Positions 15,739 through 23,261 of a stretch of DNA of 64,000 bases are shown here, in pieces. Both the position numbers and the translations under genes were made by a program. Below the pieces are notes generated by a model. That model did no database searches. It saw only the letters and a program-made list of their open reading frames with translations, and had not been told where the DNA came from. Each line of letters starts with the position of its first letter. Within the stretch, counting starts at the first letter, position 1. This stretch comes from an uncultured Clostridia bacterium (GTDB lineage Bacteria > Bacillota > Clostridia > Christensenellales > UBA1242): the NCBI GenBank assembly GCA_944376905.1, contig CALWEA010000001.1, positions 214,676 through 278,675 of the forward strand, in the 5' to 3' direction.

Positions 15739-17389
15739 TATCTTGCCCCTCAAATGCATTCATAATATAATTAGGATATTTAATTTTTTCTTTAGAATTA
15801 AATATTTTTAATGCGCAATCTGTTTTATTGGCATGCATATGTATTAAAAGTTCTTTTTCTGTTGCAAAATTTTTGTTTAAAATTCTATTAAAAATCTCTA
15901 AAGTGTTTGATTTAAGCAATTTCGGTTCAAGTGTATTAAAATTAAATTTTTCTCCATCATCTAGTATGAAACCATCACTATCAACTACATCATCATAGGA
16001 AATATAAATATTTTCTTTTTTGTTTTTTCCTAAATAATTTTCATATTTTTTTTGCAAGTTTTCAATATTTCCGTCATTATCAGTTACTACGCTTACTTTA
16101 ATATTTAATTTTTCTGCAATCTCTAAAAATCTTAAAAAAGATAAACCAACAGACATAACATCAATATTATCCTGAATAGGTAACTTATTGTGTTTATCTA
16201 AATATGCTCTTTGAACTATTAATTCATCAGAGTCACCTTCGACTAAAATTATTTTTTTTGCAAGAATTAGTCTTAGTGTATCATAACCTGAAATTCTATT
16301 AAAAAACATATATGTATCTTCTGTTAAATCATTTAATGATAAAATTTTTTTATCATTTAAAAGTCTTAAAGATTTTAAGCCTAATTTATTAGCAACAAAA
16401 CTACTATGAGTAGTTAGTATTATTTGTTTCTCTTGATTGTTAGTTTCTAATGTGCTTATTAGTTCATTTAATTTAGCATATGTTAAATGGTTTTCTGGTT
16501 CTTCAATTAATATCACAGATGCTTTTTGTGTTTGTTCTGACACCAATGCTAAATTAGTTTTTATTATCGCCTGTTCTCCTTTACCTATAAAAGTATACGG
16601 TATTCCATCCATTAAAGTTGTTAATGTGTTTTCCCATGCATTTTTAGTTTGCAACTCTACTGAAATGGAAATCTTTTTATTTGAAATTTTTGTTTGATCT
16701 TGAATTTTTAAATTAATGTTTTGAACATCAGAATTATTCCTGAATTCATCTACTAATTTTCTGTGAGATTGAGAAATTTTTACTTTATCTTCATCCGATA
16801 AAGCATCCCTTAAAATTTTAGTAAAATGTACATCACAACCACTAAATGATTTTATGGAAGATGAATCTATAAAAGATGATTTAAATTTTAAATCTCTTGG
16901 TGTAAATTTTTTACGAGCAAAAGTTGTCCATGTTACATCATAATATTCTACAGGTAAACTTGTTATTTCTGTAGCGGAGTGTGTAAATTCATCATAAATT
17001 TTATTAAATTCTTCATTGTATTTTATCTCAAATATAAATCCTGAGTATTCGCTATTATCATAAAAATTTGCATCTCCTTTATAAAATTCATCATCAATTT
17101 GATTGAAAAAAATTTCAATCTCAATACTTGGTAATTTTATAGGTGAATCAGATTTTAATCTCTTTAGGTATTCTTTTACACATTCTGCATTAAATAAATT
17201 TTGAGATATTTCATTTTTAATTAATTTCCCATCGTAAGTACCTGAACAGGCTAAATGAATTGCTTCTAATATTGTTGATTTTCCAGCTTCATTCATTCCT
17301 ACTAAAATATTTAATTTAGAATCTAAGTCTATGAAAAAATTATCTTTAAAAGATTTAAAATTTTTTATTCTTACTTTTGATATTACCAT
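15731..17389 (-). CDS. gajA: Gabija GajA, OLD-family ABC-type ATPase fused to a TOPRIM nuclease
   Basis: The N-terminus is VRIKNFKSFKD...LVGMNEAGKSTILEAI (Walker A), Walker B is VILIEEPENHL, and the C-terminal TOPRIM is ILVEGDSDELIV...VVTDNDG. ATG 17389 follows GAGGTG, and the track's GTG at 17395 lies inside the SD. The OLD-plus-UvrD pairing marks Gabija, i.e. class 2 OLD nucleases. Confidence 0.8.
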   Translation of the reverse strand: MVISKVRIKNFKSFKDNFFIDLDSKLNILVGMNEAGKSTILEAIHLACSGTYDGKLIKNEISQNLFNAECVKEYLKRLKSDSPIKLPSIEIEIFFNQIDDEFYKGDANFYDNSEYSGFIFEIKYNEEFNKIYDEFTHSATEITSLPVEYYDVTWTTFARKKFTPRDLKFKSSFIDSSSIKSFSGCDVHFTKILRDALSDEDKVKISQSHRKLVDEFRNNSDVQNINLKIQDQTKISNKKISISVELQTKNAWENTLTTLMDGIPYTFIGKGEQAIIKTNLALVSEQTQKASVILIEEPENHLTYAKLNELISTLETNNQEKQIILTTHSSFVANKLGLKSLRLLNDKKILSLNDLTEDTYMFFNRISGYDTLRLILAKKIILVEGDSDELIVQRAYLDKHNKLPIQDNIDVMSVGLSFLRFLEIAEKLNIKVSVVTDNDGNIENLQKKYENYLGKNKKENIYISYDDVVDSDGFILDDGEKFNFNTLEPKLLKSNTLEIFNRILNKNFATEKELLIHMHANKTDCALKIFNSKEKIKYPNYIMNAFEGQDNG

Positions 17390-17404
17390 ACGCACCTCGT
17401 TTTA

Positions 17405-17433
17405 ATTATACCACATTAGTCTTAAATAAACAA
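17405..17433 (-). promoter_or_regulatory. Candidate promoter of the Gabija operon
   Basis: On the minus strand TTGTTT (17428-33), a 17-nt spacer and an extended -10 TGGTATAAT (17405-13) lie about 16 nt upstream of the gajA start. Confidence 0.4.
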
Positions 17434-17508
17434 TAATTAAAACATATTGTCAGGAAATAAATAATTGAACATTGATATACATATGATATTGTATTTAATA
17501 AATTTGCA

Positions 17509-17537
17509 GTACGGTTCTAAAGTTAAGCACTCCGCCA
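17509..17537. repeat. 29-nt exact direct repeat, copy 1 (GTACGGTTCTAAAGTTAAGCACTCCGCCA)
   Basis: Identical to 22099-22127. Similarity extends about 6 nt further upstream (TTTGCA/TTTGTGCG). It is immediately followed by a strong terminator hairpin. Confidence 0.85.
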
Positions 17538-17546
17538 TGGACCTGT

Positions 17547-17580
17547 CCACCCGTACCATATAGTATGGGTGGATTTTTTT
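17547..17580 (+). terminator. Rho-independent terminator-like hairpin following repeat copy 1
   Basis: CCACCCGTAC-CATATA-GTATGGGTGG (10 bp including one G-T pair) is followed by ATTTTTTT. Confidence 0.6.
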
Positions 17581-18011
17581 ATAAAAAAGCGGTAATTAAT
17601 TGTAACACTTCGTTTTTTTATTGTTTTCTTTTTTTTAATACTGCTTTAGTTAATAATTTTTGTTTTTCTTGTTCTAAATCAAAGTTGTCTATTAAGTTAT
17701 GGAGTGATGAATGTAAAAAATATATCATAAACTTTTAAGCAAAGCAGATACAATAAGGTATATAGCTGAAGAATACACAAAAACTTGCATGTCAGAAACA
17801 AATGACTATATGTTTAAAAATTCTTCAAAGGTTATTGCCTTATTTAATGCTTACAAGATGGAACAAAATCAACTATTTAAAGAGCTAAATAATTGGGTGT
17901 GATGATTGATATTATAGGAATATAATATGACTTATTATAAACTTTTATAATTTTATATAAAATAGAGACAAAATATTTATTATATGTTATAATATTTTCA
18001 TGGAGGTGTAT

Positions 18012-21000
18012 ATGAAGAAGTTTTTAAAATTGTTCATATTATTAATATTTATTAGTCCGTGCATTTTTGTATTTTCGGCGTGCGACTCTGGGAAAGACAA
18101 TAGACAAGCACCAGTATATCAAGGAATGGTTGTTTCTGCAGTAAATGAGCCAATGATGATGTCGGCAATGCATTTTAATCCCGATAATCCATTTGGTGAT
18201 AATGCCGCAAATATTGAAGACCACGCAAGTTCTTTGTTTGTCTTGGATTCAACAGAAAAAATGTATTATGCAGATTCTAATGAAGATGTGTTTATTACAA
18301 TAAAATTATCAAATCCGGATAGTTTTGAAATAATGTCATTTACTTTAAACGGAGTTAAGTATAGCTCATATATGTTTGAAGATGGTTCAGATTTGGAGAA
18401 TTTAATCCTTAAAGTAAATGTTGGCAATATTGTAGGAGTAAAAGATTATACGATAGATGCTATAAAATATGTTGATAAAACAGAAATTAAAGATGTTGTT
18501 ATGGATGGAGATAAAACCATAAAAATTGGACTTGGAGCAAGCAACTCCACTTATTCTGAAGTAACAAACTCAAGAGTTTATCTTAACAAAATTAATTTAT
18601 CTATTAATTTGATAGACATTTACAATCTTATAGAAAAAACAAATGGTAACACTAAAGTTGTTATCTATGATGGTGTAAGCATTATTGATTATAAAGATTT
18701 AGCAGTTGGTCGAAATGATATAGTTTTTGATAAACTTAACCCTAACACAGTTTATCAATTTGCTATAATTTCTGCCTATGACGATTTAAGTGGAAATGGA
18801 ACAAAAATGCATACATTATACAAAAATGCTTTTTGTACAAATGCAATTCTATCATTTAATGTAGAATCGATAAATCAAACTTCAATAAATTTCAATTATA
18901 TTTGGGATAATGAAGTTGAAAATAAAACAATTGTATCTCAAGAATTATATTTAGATGAAACAAAAATTTCAAACATTGACATTTCTCAAACTTTTATACA
19001 AGATTTATTAAGCAATAGAGAATATACAATTGTTACTACCTATAAAAACTTAAATAATATTAGTGAAACAATACAATACACATTTACAACTTTTGCAAAA
19101 GAAACTCCAAATATAAATTTAACACAAAAATCATTAACACAAACTGATTTTGAATTTGTAGTTGATATTGAAGATTTAGATAATGTTGGCTCAATTGAAA
19201 AAATTGAATTATTACACGATGATGATGGTGCGATTATTTTAAATAATGAAGTAAGAACAATTTCTGATTTGTTAAGTGATAATGATTATACGATTAAAGT
19301 TTCTTATTCTTATGATGTAAATGATGGTTCTGGAGAACAGACAATAATTAAAGAATTATCATTTCATACATTATCAAAAAGCGCTCCAGTTGTAGTATTT
19401 AAAGATATTTCTTCATTACAAAGTGAGATTACTTTTAATTATGAATTAACTGATAATGATAACATTTGCACTGTAACAAAAGCGGAAATTTACGAAGAAA
19501 CAAATAAAATAAAAACGATAACAGATTTAACAAATAAAACTTTTAATGAATTAAATTCAAATACAGAATATACAATAAAACTTTGGTATAGTTACGATTT
19601 AAACGATGGTATGGGAATTAAAGAAACTTTCATAATGACTTCATACTATACAATGGCAAGCGAAATAACAGTTACAGCTATTTCTACCTTAAATGAAACC
19701 AACCCAAAAGTTGGCGAAGAAATTCATGTAAGCATAGCATTTAACAATCCATCTAACATTGAAATTAATTCTTTCTATATAAATGGAATTAATTCAGAAG
19801 TTGTTGGAGGCAATAAAATATCTTCAGCAATTGTAAAATTTATACCTGATTTTGAAGGTGGAGAATATCAAATATCATTAACCAAAATTTCATATTTAAG
19901 AAATGGTAATTTACTTACACAAAATATTAGTTCTGATTATTCAACCTCTATATTAGTATTAGGAAGTTTAAAGGTTAAATCTTTTGAAAGAGAAAGTCAA
20001 AAAGATTATTTTACAACAAATGATGATAATATTGTTATAGAATTAGACAACCCAACAAATTACAATATATTTGATATTCATATAAAATATAATTCAACAG
20101 AAAAAATTATCACTTCAGACAATTTTGAAATAAGTAACAATGTTTTAACTTTTAAAGCATCAACATTTAATTTGGGTTTAGCAAGTACATTGACACTTGA
20201 ATTAACTGCTATTACTTATGGAATTGAGGGAGTAACAGCAAAGGCAGACTATAATTTAACTCCTATTATAATAACATATTTATCTGACAGTACAGTAAAT
20301 GAAATTACAACAATTGAACAATTTAAAAATATGCAAAATAACAAATCATATAAACTAATGAACGATTTAGATTTTGCAAATGAATCTTGGACTCCTATTG
20401 TATTTGAAGGAGTTTTAGATGGCAATAATCATAAAATCAAAAATTTGTCTTATGTTACTGAAGTATTAGTATCCACTAATTACAATTTTGCATTATTTAG
20501 TCAATTTGCTGGTGTTATTAAAAATTTAGAAATTGATTCAATGTATATTAGTGTTTATGGCTCTATGAATATTAATATTGCTGGCATTGCTATTACTACA
20601 GGAAATAATATATTTGCAAACACAGCAATTATAAAAGATTGTATTGTAACTGGAGATATATATATAAAAAGCAATAATCAATCACAATCAATGGTTGCTA
20701 ATATTGGTGGTTTAATATCAAAATCAGATGCCATCTGTAAAGCAATCAACTGTTCAACCAATGTTAATATCAATATAGAAGATTGTGAGGGTTATGAAAT
20801 TAATGCTGGTGGTATTATTGGTAAAGCTTGGACAACAGATAAAAGAATAGAAATTAACAAATGTTCTGCGTTTGGAAATATAACTATAAACAAAGCATCT
20901 ACTGTTTATGCTGGTGGAATTGCCGGTTATGCTTATAAGAGCATTGAAATAAATAACTGTTATACAACGGGAGATATGACTGTTACTACAAATGAGGGAG

Positions 21001-21419
21001 ATATTGATATTGGTGGTTTGGTAGGACATGTTCACATTATATCTATTTCTAATTGTTATACAACAGGTAATTTATATGCTTACTCATATTATTCAACAGT
21101 TAGTGTAGGAGGTTTAATGGGAGACTTAAATCTATCTTCTGTTGTTAATGTTAATAGTTGCTACACTGTGGGAAATTTAACAGCTATTTGCGAGACAGAT
21201 CAATGGAATTATGCATCTGCAGGTAGTATGATTTCAATAGGACTGTCCTCTTTGCAAGCACAAAATTTTTATAAGTATGAAAACCAAGTAATAAATACAA
21301 AAGGTTATAGTGCAAATCAAATAGAAGCAAATATGCAAACAATATGGGAATTTATTCAAAGCAACTGGGATTCTTCTATTTGGAATTTACACGCAGATAA
21401 AAATCCTACATTAAAATAA
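18012..21419 (+). CDS. Large surface lipoprotein with tandem Ig/FN3-like repeats and C-terminal GLUG-motif repeats
   Basis: ATG 18012 is preceded by GGAGGTG. The signal peptide ends in the lipobox FVFSAC. The centre has about 90-aa repeats (..EYTI(K/V)..YSYD(V/L)NDG.G..). The C-terminus has repeated GGIIGKA / AGGIAGYA / IGGLVGHV / VGGLMGDL followed by ..NCYTTG.., as in GLUG-motif domains. Confidence 0.65.
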   Translation: MKKFLKLFILLIFISPCIFVFSACDSGKDNRQAPVYQGMVVSAVNEPMMMSAMHFNPDNPFGDNAANIEDHASSLFVLDSTEKMYYADSNEDVFITIKLSNPDSFEIMSFTLNGVKYSSYMFEDGSDLENLILKVNVGNIVGVKDYTIDAIKYVDKTEIKDVVMDGDKTIKIGLGASNSTYSEVTNSRVYLNKINLSINLIDIYNLIEKTNGNTKVVIYDGVSIIDYKDLAVGRNDIVFDKLNPNTVYQFAIISAYDDLSGNGTKMHTLYKNAFCTNAILSFNVESINQTSINFNYIWDNEVENKTIVSQELYLDETKISNIDISQTFIQDLLSNREYTIVTTYKNLNNISETIQYTFTTFAKETPNINLTQKSLTQTDFEFVVDIEDLDNVGSIEKIELLHDDDGAIILNNEVRTISDLLSDNDYTIKVSYSYDVNDGSGEQTIIKELSFHTLSKSAPVVVFKDISSLQSEITFNYELTDNDNICTVTKAEIYEETNKIKTITDLTNKTFNELNSNTEYTIKLWYSYDLNDGMGIKETFIMTSYYTMASEITVTAISTLNETNPKVGEEIHVSIAFNNPSNIEINSFYINGINSEVVGGNKISSAIVKFIPDFEGGEYQISLTKISYLRNGNLLTQNISSDYSTSILVLGSLKVKSFERESQKDYFTTNDDNIVIELDNPTNYNIFDIHIKYNSTEKIITSDNFEISNNVLTFKASTFNLGLASTLTLELTAITYGIEGVTAKADYNLTPIIITYLSDSTVNEITTIEQFKNMQNNKSYKLMNDLDFANESWTPIVFEGVLDGNNHKIKNLSYVTEVLVSTNYNFALFSQFAGVIKNLEIDSMYISVYGSMNINIAGIAITTGNNIFANTAIIKDCIVTGDIYIKSNNQSQSMVANIGGLISKSDAICKAINCSTNVNINIEDCEGYEINAGGIIGKAWTTDKRIEINKCSAFGNITINKASTVYAGGIAGYAYKSIEINNCYTTGDMTVTTNEGDIDIGGLVGHVHIISISNCYTTGNLYAYSYYSTVSVGGLMGDLNLSSVVNVNSCYTVGNLTAICETDQWNYASAGSMISIGLSSLQAQNFYKYENQVINTKGYSANQIEANMQTIWEFIQSNWDSSIWNLHADKNPTLK

Positions 21420-21427
21420 AATTGGCA

Positions 21428-21466
21428 AAATAAGCCAAGAGATTTAAACTCCTGGCTTATTTTTTA
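21428..21466 (+). terminator. Rho-independent terminator of the GLUG lipoprotein gene
   Basis: TAAGCCAAG...CCTGGCTTA stem followed by TTTTTT, 10 nt after the stop codon. Confidence 0.55.
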
Positions 21467-21726
21467 TATTCATTATAAATTTATATCTTTTTGTAAATTT
21501 ATGCTAAAATAAAAATATGGAAAACAATGATATTGTTAATAATGTAAAGAAGTGCAAACGCAAAAGTAATAAGGAAAGAAAAGCTAAAATGGAAAGCATT
21601 ACAATTTAATGGTCAATTTTAGGATTGTGCTTTATCTTTTTAATTTTATTCAATATCGCAGTTGTTTAAAATTGGAATATTATGAAAGTGGCGAAAGGTT
21701 ATTAAACACAGTTAAATCTGTGTTTT

Positions 21727-22038
21727 TCAATTTTTATTTCTATCTGGTATGTCAATCTTATCATCAGCCTTAATTGATTTATGTATAGTTTGGTCTATGT
21801 ATTCAGGTTTGCCATCAGCAGTTGCTTGTAAGAAAATGTGGTTGTTATCTTCCTCTGCTGGTTATATGTTTATGTCTATAGTGTTTCCTAGTTTATTGAC
21901 TTCTAGTACCTTTAGTCCTTTTTGTATTAGGTATGAACTAAATTGCCATAGTTTTTCAAACATTCCGTTTGAGTCTATAATAAAACAAAAGTCTTGTTCT
22001 GGATAGTAAACTGTAATTCTAAAATAATATGCTTGCAT
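21727..22038 (-). pseudogene. Paralogue of 10400..10714 carrying a single in-frame TAA (21862-21864)
   Basis: The minus-strand translation is MQAYYFRITVYYPEQDFCFIIDSNGMFEKLWQFSSYLIQKGLKVLEVNKLGNTIDINI*PAEEDNNHIFLQATADGKPEYIDQTIHKSIKADDK... It aligns with copy A throughout. The TAA replaces the GAA (Glu) of copy A. Plus-strand ORF 21749..22006 is its antisense shadow. Confidence 0.75.
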
Positions 22039-22098
22039 AAATGTTATTTATAATATATAATAGATGTATATTTAATTATATTTTGTTGCATTTGTGCG

Positions 22099-22127
22099 GT
22101 ACGGTTCTAAAGTTAAGCACTCCGCCA
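22099..22127. repeat. 29-nt exact direct repeat, copy 2
   Basis: Identical to 17509-17537. It is followed by the hairpin at 22132-22166 and then the mrr SD and start. Confidence 0.85.
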
Positions 22128-22131
22128 AGTG

Positions 22132-22175
22132 AAACTGATAAGAACACATTTTGTTTTTATCAGTTTTGTGTTTTT
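22132..22175 (+). terminator. Terminator-like hairpin between repeat copy 2 and mrr
   Basis: AAACTGATAA (22132-41) pairs with TTATCAGTTT (22157-66) around a 15-nt loop, followed by TGTGTTTTT. It ends 16 nt before ATG 22191. Confidence 0.5.
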
Positions 22176-22190
22176 ACTAAGGAGGAAATT

Positions 22191-23027
22191 ATGGCTGTTC
22201 CTGGTTATCAAGAATTTATGTTCCCTATTTTGAAATTTTTATATGATAAAAATGTTGTCTCAAAAGCAAATATTGTTAGTGGTATGGTAAAAGTTTTTAA
22301 CCTTAATCAACAAGATCTTTCTGAAATTTTACCTTCACAAACTCAGCCAACTTATAAAAATAGAATTGGTTGGGCTTTAACTTATTTGAAAAAAGCTGGT
22401 TTAATAGACAGTTCAACAAGAGCAAACTTTCAAATAACACATGAAGGGTTAAAAATAGTTGATAAAAATGTAATAGATTTGGATTCAAAATATTTGGAAA
22501 AATACGAATCTTTTTTAGAATTTCAAAATTTATCTCATAAAGATAGCAGTAAAAAAACTGATATAAATTCTCAATGTGAAGCGACGCCTCTTGAAAACAT
22601 AATTAATAGTTTTGAACTATTAAAGAAAAACACTTGTGATGATTTATTAAACAAAATATTAGAACAATCTTCTGATTTTTTTGAACAATTAGTTGTTAAT
22701 TTAGTTGTGTCTATGGGGTATGGTGGAAGTATAGAAGATGCAGGAAAAGCCACTAAAAAAACAAATGATGAGGGAATTGATGGGGTAATAAAAGAAGATA
22801 AATTAGGTTTAGATAATATTTATTTACAAGCAAAACGTTGGCAAAAAAACAATGTAGTAGGAAGACCAGAAATTCAAAAATTTGTAGGGGTGTTAGCGGG
22901 GCAAGGTGCAAGAAAAGGTATTTTTATCACTACATCAAATTTTTCAAAAGAAGCATTGGAATACAAGCCTAGAAATGATACATCAATTATTTTGATAGAT
23001 GGCAAAAAACTTGTAGAATTAATGTAA
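22191..23027 (+). CDS. mrr: Mrr-family type IV (modification-dependent) restriction endonuclease, ending at a premature TAA
   Basis: ATG 22191 follows AAGGAGG, and the track start at 22041 has no support. The N-terminal Mrr_N-like winged helix is MAVPGYQEFMFPILKFL. The catalytic core is GIDGVI...LYLQAKRW...VGRPEIQKFVG...GIFITTSNFS. After the TAA at 23025-27 the frame stays open for 25 more codons (EYNVGVTIEKEFKIKRLDNDFFDTF) up to 23105. Confidence 0.75.
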   Translation: MAVPGYQEFMFPILKFLYDKNVVSKANIVSGMVKVFNLNQQDLSEILPSQTQPTYKNRIGWALTYLKKAGLIDSSTRANFQITHEGLKIVDKNVIDLDSKYLEKYESFLEFQNLSHKDSSKKTDINSQCEATPLENIINSFELLKKNTCDDLLNKILEQSSDFFEQLVVNLVVSMGYGGSIEDAGKATKKTNDEGIDGVIKEDKLGLDNIYLQAKRWQKNNVVGRPEIQKFVGVLAGQGARKGIFITTSNFSKEALEYKPRNDTSIILIDGKKLVELM

Positions 23028-23261
23028 GAATATAACGTTGGTGTAACTATTGAAAAAGAATTTAAAATTAAGCGTTTAGATAATGATTTTTTTGATACAT
23101 TTTAAAAAATAATAAAAATACAAACACTTATATTTAAAACAAATGCTTTTTAATCTTGGAAAGTGTTTGTTTTTTTATTTATTAAAAAGCCATAAATCTA
23201 CTTGTGGGTTTTATTAAAAATATTGTTAATCTATTTAATATAATTAGATGCATTATTGTAA

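Noticed and set aside
17509-17537. The 29-nt repeat ending in ...CCGCCA considered as the 3' end of a tRNA or tmRNA (a classic att site)
   Set aside because: The 17 nt preceding the putative acceptor strand (TACGG-TTCTAAA-GTTAA) cannot form a T-arm and lack the GTTCRANNC T-loop. No upstream cloverleaf is present at either copy.
17717-17902. Start-less 61-codon open frame (..IRYIAEEYTKTCMSETNDYMFKNSSKVIALFNAYK..), possibly a remnant of a DUF1273/SLOG-like gene
   Set aside because: Its resemblance to the C-terminus of 9344..9829 (NQQMIDNCDTLICYVN versus NDYMFKNSSKVIALFN) is too weak to support by eye. There is no start codon, no SD and a TAA directly upstream.
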